A stretch of DNA of 64,000 nucleotides from Narcine bancroftii. Its lineage: Eukaryota. The DNA lies in the NCBI RefSeq assembly GCF_036971445.1, contig NC_091469.1, forward strand, positions 26,474,001 through 26,538,000, written 5' to 3'. Numbering within the stretch: the first letter of the stretch is position 1; every line of letters begins with the position of its first letter. This document shows, piece after piece, positions 46,886 to 59,675 of this stretch. The position numbers were made by a program, and so were the translations under genes. A model generated the notes under the pieces. That model saw only the letters and a program-made list of their open reading frames with translations, had not been told where the DNA came from and did not search any database.

Positions 46886-49800
46886 ACTTTTGGATATATG
46901 GAGGAGACAACACCTAAAGGAGAAGGAATACTCATATTATTTGAGTAGACATAAAACATACTCAAGGATTGACCTGTTCCTGTTGTCAGCCCATATCCAA
47001 GGGAGAGTTAGGAAAATGGAAAATAAAGCTAGATTGTTATCTGATCACTCACCTCTGTTATTAGCAATAGAACTAGAGGACATCCCACTGTGAGAGATAA
47101 TGGAATATGGAAAAATCAATTGCTAAATAGGAAAGAATTAGGATGGGGTGAAGGGATAATGGGATAAGGGAAGTCAAGCAAGTGCTAAATAGGAATGACT
47201 TATGATGGGTTGAATAAGGATGGAGTAGAATAGAGTGTGAAGAAGGGTTAAGCAAGTATAATAGAATAGGGGTCTTATAGCAAGTAGGTAGATTTATCAA
47301 GTCCTGGGGGTTGAGATTTATGAATAAGAACAAAGACATGACTCTTCCTGGTAAACAAGTATACAAGAAAGGCACACAATCTGCACGTAGGGAGAATTAC
47401 CTAATGCCAAACCAATCCAGAATGCAGAAGAATGTTAAGGGGAGAGGTACCTCTGTACTGAAATAGAATGTATAAAAAGTTGGGTAAGCCCCAGTACGTG
47501 TGTGTATTCCCAGGGTAAGGGGAAGCAACCAACTTTGCACTGTTGTAAAATAAATGTTCTTTGTTCTCAATTTTTGTCTCGAGTGAAATCTGTGAAGGCA
47601 CCTCTGCTTCTCACACCACCAAGAACATATAGATGGAGATTAAACTCCATGCTACTTAAAAGACAGGAATTTAGAGAATTTATTGAGTGCCAAATTAAAA
47701 TGTACTTTGAAATAAAAATGGAATCAGTGAAAGACAAATTTATATTATGGGATGCAATGAAAGCCTTCATCAGAGGGCAGATAATAAGTTATGTAATTAA
47801 GATGAAAAAGGACTACAATCGGGAAATAGAATAGCTGGAAAGGGAAATAGTAAGTACAGAAAAAGAATTAGCAACAAGGGAAGATACAACAAAAAGAAGA
47901 GAATTGGCAGACAAAAAATAAAATACGAAACATTACAAATGTATAAGGTGGAGAAGAACATAATGAAAATAAAGCAGAAGTATTACGAGCTCGGAGAAAA
48001 AACACACAAAATACTAGCCTGGCAACCTAAAATAGAACAAGCTAAAAGAACTGTATTGGCATCAAGGAAAAAGGAAAAACAAATTACATATAACCCAACA
48101 GAGATCAATGAAAACTTTAAAGAATTCTACAAGCAATTATACTGAACTGAGAATGAAGGGAAAGAAGACAAATAGATGACTTTCTAGCTAAAATTGAACT
48201 ACCAAAATTGCAAGAAGAGGAGCAAAACAAATTGATAAAACCATTTGAAATAGAGGAAATACAAGATATATTAAAAAAGCTACCGAACAATAAAACGCCT
48301 GGGGAGGACGGACTCCCAGTAGAATTCTATAAAACATTTAAAGAGTTACTAATTCCTCCTCTCCTGGAAGTAAAGAAGAAACACAAAACTTCCCAGATTC
48401 ATGTAAAACAGAAATAATTACAGTAATACCAAAGACAGGGAAAGATCCACTAACACCAGCATCGTATAGACCAATATCTCTACTTAATTCAGATTATAAG
48501 AAAATAGCAAAACTATTAGCAAACAGATTGGCCGACTGTGTACGAAAAATAGTAAAACCAGATCAAACTGAATTTCTTAAGAAAAGACGAATGACAGACA
48601 ATGTTTGTAAGTTCATTAACTTAATCCATGCGGTACAAGGAAATAAGACGCCAACAGTGGTTGTTGCTTTAGACGCAGAGAAAGCCTTTGACAGGGTACA
48701 ATGGAATTATTTATTCAAAGTATTACAGAAGTTCAACCTACCAGAGAAATATATTAATTGGATTAAAGCATTAATATAAGGGTCCAATGGCGAAGCTGAC
48801 AGTAAATGGATATATATCGAACCAATTTAAATTAAGCAGGTCAACTAGGCAGGGATGTCCACTATCTCCCTCACTGTTCGCTTTAGCAATAGAACCATTG
48901 ACAGAACTGATAAGAACAGAAAATTAAATAAAAGGGGTAAAAATGAAAGAGAGGGAATATAAAATCAGTCTATTTGCAGATGACATCATAGTATACTTAA
49001 CAGAACCAGAATTATCAATAAAAGAATTACATAAGAAATTGAAGGAATACAGAGAAATATTGGGGTACAAGATCAACGCAAATAAAAGTGAAGCGATGCC
49101 AATGCATAATGTGGATTTCACAAAGTTTAAAAAAGAATCACCATTTAAATGGCAAGCAATCCAATTCCTAGGTATTAGACTAAATAATAATCCAGGCCAT
49201 GTATACAAATTAAATTATCAGCCATTAATGAAGAAACTACAAGATGACTAAGAACATTGGAAAGCTTTGCCACTAACACTGATAGGAAGTGTAAATTGCA
49301 TTAAAATGAATATCTTCCCAAGGATACAATACTTATTTCAATCGTTACCAATTCTCTTAACAGAGATATTCTTCAGTGAACTAAAGAAAGTAATAAGGAA
49401 ATTCTTATGGAAAGGGGGGAAAACCGAGGATAGCGCTAGATAAATTAACAGAATGGTACAAACAAGGTAGTTTGCAGCTACCAAACTTTAAGAATTATTA
49501 TAGAGCAGCACAATTAAGATATCTATCAGATTTTTATCAAACAAGGGAAAAACCAGATTGGACCAGGATAGAGTTGATAAAATAGGGGAGAAGGTACCAG
49601 AATATATACTTTATAAGTGGAATGAAAAACTGGTGCAATATAGAAGTTCACTAGTACTGCACCATCTGCTCAATATTTGGAAGAAGATTCACATAGAAAG
49701 GAAAAAAACAAATTACCAACTACCAAAATTACTATTAACGCAAAATCAACTAATCCCTTTCACAATAGATAACCTTTCCTTTAGAGAATGGGAGAGAAAA

Positions 49801-50948
49801 GGAATTAAAAGAATAGAAAATTGTTTTTTGGGAAATAATTTATTATCATTTGAACAAATGAAGTACAAATATGGAATAACTCACGGTACAATGTTTTCAT
49901 ACCACCAACTGAAAAGCTACTTAAAGGACAAATTGGGAAGCAGGCTGAGGTTACCAGAAGGAAGCAGCTTTGAATATGTGATTACAGACACAATGATAAT
50001 TAAAAGATTTATAACAAACATGTACATCAAGCTGCAAGAGAAAGAAAATGATGAAATAAGCTGTAGACCCAAATAAAAGTGGGAACAAGATCTAAACATA
50101 AAGATAAAAAATGAAAAATGGGAAAAACTATGCTCCGGAACTATGAGAAATACAATAAACACGAGGTTACGCATGATACAATATAATTGGTTACAGAGGC
50201 TATATATCACGCCCCAAAAGTTAAATAAATGGGACCCAACAGTATCAGATAGATGTTTTCGCTGTAAGAAGGAAACGGGAACAACAGTACATGCAATTTG
50301 GGGATGTGAGAAAGTGGAAAAGTTTTGGGAAGATCTAAATCAGGTATTAAATAAAATCACAAAAAGCAACATACTAAAAAATCCAGAGATCTTTCTTCTA
50401 AGTAATATAAGAAATAAAGAATTAGGCCTCGAACTGGATGAAGCGCAAAATTGATTTATTATGATAGCCTTAGCTGTAGCAAAAAAATGTATAATGTCAA
50501 CTTGGAAATCAGAATAGAGCCTGAAAGTACAGCAGTGGTATATAGAAATGAATAAATGTATTCCATTTGAAAAAATAACATATAATTTAAAAAATAAAGT
50601 CACATTATTTGAACAAATTTGGGAACCGTGCATGGAACACAACAGAGAGGGCCAACCGCGGACCTTTACCCCCTAAAATGATAGAATGAGAAGAAGACGA
50701 AATGAACTGTCCCAGTGTGTAACAGTAGATGACACAATTTTCTTGTTTATTTTCATTGCGTGATGACATTGTTTAATGGGTTTATTGTATTGTATATGTT
50801 GAACATTAAATGGGTTTGGAGGGGGGTGGGAAGGAGGGAGGGAAGGGAGGGGGGAAAAGGGGAGAAAATGACACTGTGTATGTTCAAGAGGGATATGTTT
50901 ATGTATATTTTGATTAATATAGTTCATAGTGTGAAAAATTAAAAAAAG
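46886..50948 (+). mobile_element. 5'-truncated L1-clade LINE (copy C)
   Basis: ORF2 from mid-endonuclease (DIWRRQH...YSRIDLF...SDHSPL) through RT to the C-terminus, with stops and frameshifts. The 3' UTR and A-tail match copies A and B. Confidence 0.93.
47089..47615 (+). mobile_element. Solo LTR (527 bp) inserted in the L1 endonuclease region
   Basis: Terminal inverted repeat TGTGAGA...TCTCACA with a perfect 4-bp TSD CCAC (47085-47088, 47616-47619). TATAAAA at 47471 and AATAAA at ~47549. The L1 frame resumes afterwards. Confidence 0.88.
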
Positions 50949-51774
50949 ATTATTTTATTGACATGTAATAAAACAGAAAATGTGATATTACACTCAATTT
51001 CCTTTAGTTTACTGTAAGGCAGACAAAGATTCGCTATCAGCAAAAATTGCTCAGTGCCCCTTACAGCCTGAGAAAGAGAAGCAAGAGAGAGTCCCCCATG
51101 GCAACTGAATGTCCTTGGTTTCACCTCCAGTCCTCCTGCAGCCTCCGCGGCCTTCAGTCCAAACCATCAGCAACCTGAGCTCCAGATGCACACCTCTGAC
51201 CAGATCAGAAAGCATCCAGTGCCCTCTCGCATCCCGCTTCCGATACCTGGTACCCTATCAGTCTCCAGCTGTCTGCAGCCTGCTGTGAATCCCTTGACCA
51301 CAGCCGCCACAGCCTTTGTGGGTTTCTCGCCCCGAGTCAGCAGCAGATTGTCTTCAGCCTCAGAGCCCCTCACAGGTCCGCCGCCAAATCACCATCCTGT
51401 GGGTTATCTCCTCTGCTTCTCCTTCTCAAACGGGCAATGTTCTCCCCATTTTTATGGTGCTCTGCACCAGTCCTACGCATCTCTGGAGTCTGCATCTCTT
51501 CATGGCTCCGGCCGCTCAAAGATATTGCCATCGTGGGCCCAAACCCCACAGTCGTGGGATTTCAAAATAAACAACTGTCAGTTCCTTGGACAGGCCATGT
51601 ACAGAGCCGACGGTAGTTGGACTGGACCATTGAACCTTGCGGGGGAGTGCTGAGACTTTGCTCTCCACTCTCTGCTGGTCTGGACCAGCAGCACTGCCAT
51701 TGCAGAAGCTCTGGCCGCATCGCGACTGATGAAAGAAGGCATTTTGGCACATTTGCCTTCATCAGTCAATGCAC

Positions 51775-52350
51775 TGCGTACAGAAGTTGGAACCGTACAC
51801 AAATGTGCCAGGGAAACTCACCAGATCATGCAACATCCATAGAAAGTAAAAGGCATACGATGTTTCAGGCCCTTCTTCAGGGTGCCGAAGAACGAGCAAA
51901 CACTTGAATTTAAAAAGTGGTGGGGCTGGGGGGAAATGGGGAAGAACACGGCACACAGGTAATGAATGGTCACAGGTGGGAGGGAGAAGTAAGCTGAGAA
52001 GTGATAGGGGACAAGGGCAGAGGGCTAAGAAAGTTAGCTCTGAGAGGAGAAGGAAAAGAAAGGAGTAATGGGAAAGGAAGACAGGGGATGAAGGAAAGAG
52101 AAAGTCTGGGCGAATGGGGTTAACAGAAATTGGAGAAGCCAATATTGTTGCTGTCTGGTTGGAAACGGCTGAGGAGGAGCATAAGGTGTTGTTCCTCCAA
52201 TTTGTGGGTGGCCTCAACTTGGCAGTACATGAGGCCATGGACAGACATGTCAGTGTGGCAATGGGGTGTGGAATTGAACTGGTTGACACTAGGAGGTGCT
52301 TGCTGTTGCATCAGACAGAGAGAAGAGGCTCAATGAAGCAATCCCCAAGG
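51775..52350 (-). mobile_element. Penelope-like fragment
   Basis: FNSTPHCHTDMSVHGLMYCQVEATHKLEEQHL on the minus strand, with the shared terminal motif. Confidence 0.75.
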
Positions 52351-54985
52351 GACACAGATAAGGTGAATGGTCAGTCTGTTTCCCAGAGTAAGGGAGTCTA
52401 AAATTTGGACCCATAGATTGAAAGTGAGAGGGTAAAGTCTTAAAAGGGACCTGAGGGGCAACTTTTAAATCAAAATGGTGGAAGGAGCTGCCAGAAACCC
52501 TCTGGAGGTGAGTCCATTTGTGATATTTGACAAGTAGTTGGTTATAAAAGCTTTTGAGGGATATATGCCAAACACAGGCAAATGAGAGCAGCTCAGATGG
52601 GAAATCTGGACGAGTTGAGCCATGCTGTTCAGCCCCATGACTCTTGGAGGATGGGTCCGGGGGAGTGGAGGCTGGGGAAGAAGGAAATCAATAGAGGTAA
52701 AGAGATTCATAATCTGCTCCCACTTGTAGAAAGTAGGGGTGGAAGAACCAGGAGTTTAAAATGATAATTGATGGGAGGAAACCAGCTGGGATCATCGTTG
52801 CATTACAAGATGGAATAGTGAGTGATGGCTTTGGCAGAGCAGAGCTGATTGTGTTTTATATGGTCCAGCCAGCCTGACGGTGAATGGTTAAACCAGCTGC
52901 ATACCAAATATGGGAGCAGAGACAATGACTATTCCAGGGGGAACTCATGCGATGAAAAGAAGTGACAATTCTAACACAGACTAGAAATGGAAGTCGAGGC
53001 TCAATGAAGCAAATTAAAAAGGTCAGATCTCAAGATTTTGCAAGTTCAAACACAAACCATGGGAAGAGGAATTTAAGTGGAGAATTATCCAAAAAACTCA
53101 ATAAACATTCTCCTCCATCCCATAATCAACCTATTGAAATAAACACATCAAGGTACATATTTGTCTTTGATTCCTGGCACTGGACAGATGTAATGATATC
53201 AATCATCTCTTGTGGAGTGAAAAAATAAAGCCTGCAGAGGCTGTGATTGTAGTCGAAGTGGTTTATATAACTTTGCTTCCTATGGGTATGGTGGGACCTG
53301 CTGAGTTTCTCCAGCACTTTTGTGCATTAATCAGTTGTCTCTTGGATTCCCTTCTTAATATTCAGTCCATTGACCAGTATATGTTTAGGACTTGCAATTA
53401 AAGTGGAGGATCTGCCTCTTAAATGGATATTTATATAATAATAAAAAATCATTGTGAGAAAAATTCAAGTAACATTGGAAGAAACACTCATTGAATATAA
53501 CATCATGAGAAACTCAATCATTGGGTTTTTCTGAACAATAATTCGCTGTTTAAACAGGAAATAAAGAATGCTCAACTTAGGCAACATTTGTGGAATGAGA
53601 AACAGAATTAATATTTCAAATCATCATTTGGGTTGACCAGTCGTCTCCTCAATTTCCCTTAAATGACAGCTCAAAAGATTTCCCTTCCTATCACATATTG
53701 GAAACCTATATATCCCCCCCCCCCCCCCACAAAGAATAAATAAACAACTTGGTCAATTTAAAAAGAAATATTGTTTTTATGACAGTCCTCCATTACCATG
53801 ATGTCAGCTCTTCATTTGGATTTCGTTAGCTGTAATTGCTTCAGAAGGATGAGAAAGGTCATGCAGAAATGCCTATCTTTCCTAACAGGTTATAAACTGC
53901 AGCCTCAGTGAGCATTGTAAAACAGATCATCTATTGACAGCAGCACTCACACCAATATGTAGGAGGTAGAGGGGGTCGTCTAACTCCTGTCAGTAGCTAA
54001 CAGAGGTCTCAGAAAGCAGATTAAATGAGGAAAAGCTAGAGGGAAGCAATGGGTCAGGCAGCGTCCATGGACAGAAATGGGATGGGGATCCTTTATCGAG
54101 GTTAAAGTAAGAAGAGTATGGGGGGGGGGGGGGGGGGAGAGGAAAGGTGATAGAGCATTGAAGGGTGGGAGAGAAAGCTGGAGGGAGAGGCCACTGGAAG
54201 AGCCTCTCCTCTTAGCTCCTCCCCAACTTCTCCTCCCATTTCCCCCTTGATATCACCGCTTCTTACTCTTAGTCTCGATGAAGGGTCCCAACCTGAGACG
54301 TTGACGGAGCCATTCTCCCCGCGCATGTCGCCCGGCCTGCAACGTTTGCTCAAGATTCCAGCATCTGCGGTTGCTGTAAAGCAGAGCCTGTTTAAAGTGC
54401 GGAGGAAGAAGAATTACATCAACTTCACGAATAAAAAAGCAGGATAAATCCCCCCCCCAGAGGGGAAAAATACACCGAATGGAGGATATTGATGTACAAA
54501 TGCTCTCATAAAATCAATCTCATTCGGCGACACCAGAATGGTAACTCTTACTTGATTCACAGTGAGTTGCTCAATCATCCGTCCCCTTCACAAACCCTCC
54601 CTCGCTTTATAGTTCAGCCTAAGCTCCCAATGTTCACACATGCAAGGTTTGTCATACACTTGAGCATGGGAGAGAAATAAAAAGAAGCCGCGAATTCTCT
54701 TAAAAAAGGGCGAGCAAGCAATGGTGAGGTGAAGCGCCTACTGATGAAATCGGAGCACTTGACAAGCCACGCTAACAGTTACAACTGGATTGCCCTAGCG
54801 CCCATTAGGGCGATATAATTATATTCACAGTAGTTATCATTCACAGTACAAACATTGGAAATCGAATTGATTCAAAATCCAGCGCGTCCATCAGACCACT
54901 CATAGACCAAGCGATGGAACATGTTTGGGAGGATTGGGCGCTGCACTTCGCAATTGTTCCTCCCTGCTCGGGAATCCAGGAGTGC

Positions 54986-55609
54986 TCACACGATGGTCTC
55001 GTAGTCCCAACAAAGTCTAACGTGGCGGGCTTCCCCGGGGCTAGGGTAGCAGCAGTAGTACCTCCCGTAGGGTATACTGTCCCGGGGAGAGTAGACCACG
55101 CTATCCCGGGTCGAGTATACATTGGTGTAGAAGGAGCTGTCCCGATTCGAGCAGAGACGGTCGAAAACGCAGTAGTTGAAGACATCGGACGGGTAGTAAG
55201 TCTCCAGGTAGTTTCTGGCCACCTCTTGGCCGCTCTTCCGGATCAAGCTCTTGGAGTCCACGGCGAAGCCTCCCTCCTCCGCGTCGGGGGTGTGGGATCG
55301 GGTGGAGTTCTTGGACACATCCTGCCAACTGCTTCGGACGCTCGGCCCACCCAACAGCTGGTCGTCGCCGCTTCCTGTGCTGATGAGATGGCTGCAGCTC
55401 GGCCACTTGGAGCACCCGTCTGTCTTCTTAGCCAGCACGATGGCAGCCAGTCCTGGCAAGAAGATGGCAGGGCCGATGGCGATGAGAGGGACGTCCCCCA
55501 GAGTCTCTCCTCTGACCCCGGACACGGTGAACATGAATCCAAAGACCAGAAAGACACTGACTAAAGCCACCACCAGCCCCGTCCTGGGGTTGATGTTATC
55601 AGGTCTCAT
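54986..55609 (-). CDS. TMEM215: Transmembrane protein 215
   Basis: Intact 207-aa ORF. The N-terminus MRPDNINPRTGLVVALVSVFLVFGFMFTVSG..GETLGDVPLIAIGPAIFLPGLAAIVLA.KT and the C-terminus YGRYYCCY...WDYETIV are characteristic of TMEM215. A at -3. Confidence 0.95.
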   Translation of the reverse strand: MRPDNINPRTGLVVALVSVFLVFGFMFTVSGVRGETLGDVPLIAIGPAIFLPGLAAIVLAKKTDGCSKWPSCSHLISTGSGDDQLLGGPSVRSSWQDVSKNSTRSHTPDAEEGGFAVDSKSLIRKSGQEVARNYLETYYPSDVFNYCVFDRLCSNRDSSFYTNVYSTRDSVVYSPRDSIPYGRYYCCYPSPGEARHVRLCWDYETIV

Positions 55610-57107
55610 TGTGAAGGGTCACACCCGGGAGACTATTCTGTCACCAGCCGGCTCGAGTCGACACCCCTTTTGCTCACTCCCAACGCCCTCTTATCTTCCT
55701 CCTGATAGGTTCCAAAAATGTTCTTCACCGGGCCTCGCTTTCCACCTTGCTCCGTCTGATGGGCTGTGACTCTGAGCTCTTCAGGCATCGTCTCTTTTCG
55801 GAGTACCAGGGGTGGAGAGAAAAGATCAATGACCAGAAACTCGAGAAGGATCATTTAGAAACCCTCCCTCTCCTTACTGGGGCACCAGAGAGCTCCGTGC
55901 GTATGCAAGCCAATGAGTTGGGCAAACTCTTTATCCAAGTCTCCTTGACCAGATATCCTGATGTATTTCAGTTTGTTTAAATTGATTCGTCTATTTGTTA
56001 TAATGCGTGTATCAAGTTTTTATACTTATTTATAGTGTGTGTATATATCAAATGTCTTCAGTTTATTCCAGTTAAATATATCAGAAAGCCTGTGGACATT
56101 GGACAGATAAGAGACACGGGAGGATGAATGTCCTGTTTTGGTTAAACGCCTGTCCGTTTATATATGTTTATCTGTGTATATAATTCATGCCACGCATTCT
56201 GTATTCACCTGGCTAAGTTTGGGCGACGTTCTTAGTGAACCTGGAGATGTTATAAATATGCCCAGCAGTATCCAGTTGATATGTTAACCTAAAATACCTT
56301 GATGTCCGAAACATTGGCTCTGAATCTTTGCTGCCTTGTTTGACCTGCTGAGTTTCGCCAGCGTTGTGTTTTTACTTCAAACACGGGGCCTGCAGAGGTG
56401 TTTAACCTGATAGATTGGCCTAGTGTGTGTGCAGTGGTGGTCGTGCGTTCGTTTCCCCCGCTGGGACTCAATGGAGGCCACAGTCTGTGTCTGCAGTACT
56501 ATTTGTGGACGTGTTGCCCTCGAAAGAGTTACCAGGAACGATGCTGAGAGAGAGAGAGAGAGACTCCTCCCGAGATTTCATCACGCAACTCCTCAAAGCA
56601 GAGCACACAACCCGACAATTTGCCAAGGTATTCAGTGTCTCGGTTCCCCTTTTAACCGCTTCCTCATCTCGGATCTGGCTTCTCCCCGGTTGAGGAGTGC
56701 CAGTAAGCGTCTCGGCAAAGGAACTTTTCTAACATCCGAGGCACTTCCGTATGAAACTCAAGCCGGGAACGAGAGGCACCATCAGCTCCTAAATATAGCA
56801 CTGAGATGATGGGCTCCTGGTTTACCCGGTGCAGACCATCCAACTTCGTGCCGATTGGCCATTTGTGCGGGGATTTGACCTTCGAATTGGTCAGAGGTGA
56901 CAGGATTACTTGCCCATGTATATATTCAGACCTAAACCCTCCACCCTTTCCAGGGAAAGGGTTCAAAAGGCCTGCATTTTATAGCACCTGGTGGTTCTTC
57001 AGAGGTTGCTCAACAAAACAAATCAATAATTTTCTGTAATAAAAGAGAAAATCCTGGGGTGGGGGTGGGGGGAACTCAGGAGTTGAGGCAGCATCTGTGG
57101 AAAAAGG

Positions 57108-58225
57108 CGCCACAACTACCTAGACTACATGTCCTCACACCCTGTGGCCTGCAAGGACTCCATCCCCTTCTCTCAATTTCTCTGCTGCATCTGCTCCCAA
57201 GATGAGGTTGTCCAGTCCAGAGCCTCTGAAATGTCTGCCTTCTTCCATAAATGTGGCTTCCCCTCCACCACTATTAACTCAGCCCTCACTTGCATCTCCT
57301 CCATTTCCCGCTCATCTGCCCTGGCACCCTCTGCCCCCAGAAACAATAAACACAGAATCTCCCTCGTCCTCACCTACCACCCCACCAGCCTCCACATCCA
57401 ACACATCATCTGCTGGAATTTCTGTTACTTACTACAGGAGCCCACCTCCAGACACATTTTTTCTTCTTCTCCCCTCTCAGCCTTACGTAGGGATTGCTCC
57501 CTTTGTGACTCCCTTGTGAACTTTTCCCTCCCCACCCATCGTCCCCCCACCCCCAGAACCTTCCACTGAGGTCATAGGAGGTGTAATACCCACACCTCCT
57601 CCCACATCATGGTCCGAGGTCCCAAACAGACCTTTCAGGTGAAGCAACACTTCACCTGTACCTCCACAGAACTCATTTACTACATTCGGTGCACCCTCTG
57701 TGGCCTTCTCTACATCAGAGAGACCAGTCGCAGATTAGGAGATCACTTTGCCCAGCCCCTTCTCTCCATCCACAACAAAAGCTACCTCCCCATAGCCAAC
57801 TATTTCAATTCTGAGTCACACTCTCAAGCTCACATGTCTGCCCATGGCCTTTCACATTAACCCACCCTGACCACATGCAGATTGGAGGAACAACACCTCA
57901 TTTTTCATCTGGGCACCCTCCAACCCCAGGGCATGAATATTGGGTTCACTGCATTCCACTAATCAACTTGCCTTTTTCCTCCTTCCTCTCCGCTTAACTT
58001 TGTTTCCTTTCTCTCTCCACCTAGCCTAGACTCCTCCCCCTCCACCTATCATCTCCCACCCTTACTAACCCCCTTCCCCTTCCCCCTTTTGTTTAGTCAT
58101 CTCTCATGTTCCCCCACACCTTGATGAAGGGCTCAAGCTACATAAAGGCATTGTTTGATCTGTTGAGTTTCTCCAGCATTTGTGTGTTTTTTTCACATAA
58201 CCATGGAGTCTACAGAATCCTGTTT
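57108..58225 (+). mobile_element. Penelope-like element 3' part (GIY-YIG endonuclease)
   Basis: SSHPVACKDSIPFSQFL..ICSQDE and FTCTSTELIYYIRCTLCGLLYIRETSRRLGDHF (GIY-YIG with CxxC). Confidence 0.85.
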
Positions 58226-58584
58226 TACCTCTGTGGAAAAGGAATCAGTTCACCTTTGGCATCTCATTAAAACTGAATAAGAGAAAAGTTAGTCTGGGAA
58301 GCAGAGGTGGTCTGATAGGATTTAAAAAATGTATTTTAGAAGTTACCTTTGTCTGTGTTCCTGATGTTATAAAGTCTGGGTGTAATATTGTATTAAAAAT
58401 ACACAGAAATGATGGAGAAACTCAGCCGGTCTCATAGTGTGCATGGGGGTATTAGCATCTGAAGTCTTTGCTGTTTCACTCTGCAATATTGTATAGTCTG
58501 GCCTAAGAGGACTTGAGCAGAGGCCAGACTAGGCATAGGGGAGCAGACAAAAATGCCCATATACATGCTGAAAGAAACAGCAAG

Positions 58585-58590
58585 TGTGTC

Positions 58591-58635
<45 letters not shown>
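58585..58635. repeat. (TG)n microsatellite
   Basis: Directly visible, imperfect. Confidence 0.95.
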
Positions 58636-58637
<2 letters not shown>

Positions 58638-59483
58638 CAGGTTGTACTTGAGCAAGCAGATAATAATAAACTTGATTTGACTTGACTTGAATCCTGCAAC
58701 GTGAAAATCAGTTTTAATTTATCTCTTTTATATGATGTGGGGTGTAAATTACAAATACACCCATATTTTAAAATTCAAACATATCCTCCTGATGCAAAGA
58801 AAATGTAGAATAAACGTTGAAAGTTAATTTCCAAAGATCATGAATAACTGATGCAGCAGAGAACAGACTACTATTTATAAATCATGGCCTTGAGTAAAAT
58901 ATTGCAGGATATTTGCAAATGCGAAAAGTTCTGTTTGTGTGAAGAAATAGCCCATTCATTAATAGGGAACTAATAAGTTGACTATCTTTGATCCTGGGAT
59001 AGTTCTCTGCTGCCAAAGCTCTATTTCATTTCCTTTAATTGGGATCTCCTGCAATCCCCACTGGGATGTGTTAAGATCAGTTAAGTCTAACAGGTTGAGA
59101 GATGAAAAGACTGGATTAGATTTCTGTGTTGAATTTGCTAGCTGTGCCATCTGAGTGATAAAATATCTTCTCTCGCAGTTGCAGTAGCTTTAATGACACA
59201 TGGGTTTCAAAAAGAAATTAATCTATAATGTACAGAATCCTTCTTGTTCCCCAAGTCAGGTGAGTTAGAGAGTATTTCTTGTATCAATCTTTCTTTCACG
59301 TTTTCTAGAGGTGGAAAGATAAAAGAAAAACTACCCGAGTAATTACTTCCACAGCATATTTTCACATTTTTATTACATTTTGTGGAGTTGCGAGCTTATA
59401 TTACTTCTCTCTGTTGATCCAAGTTGTCAGAAAGGCAGTGTACAGTGTTGGTGTTGAAGATGGAAGAGGCAGTGACCTCAGAA

Positions 59484-59675
59484 GAGATATGACTTATCCA
59501 GTTACACACATAATTTCTGGTCTTATTTCCATCATAATTTGAGATATTTCCATCATAATTTGAGATATGACTTATCCAGTTACACACATCATTTCTGGTC
59601 TTATTTCCATCATAATTTGAGATATGACTTATCCAGTTACACATATCATTTCTGGTCTTTTTTCCATCATAATTT
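59484..59675. repeat. 57-bp tandem repeat, 3 copies plus a 21-bp partial unit
   Basis: GAGATATGACTTATCCAGTTACACA... starts at 59484, 59562 and 59619, with a partial unit at 59541. Confidence 0.9.

Noticed and set aside
54914-55769. Long plus-strand ORFs (216 and 172 aa) opposite TMEM215
   Set aside because: Antisense shadows of a GC-rich coding exon with no recognisable motifs.
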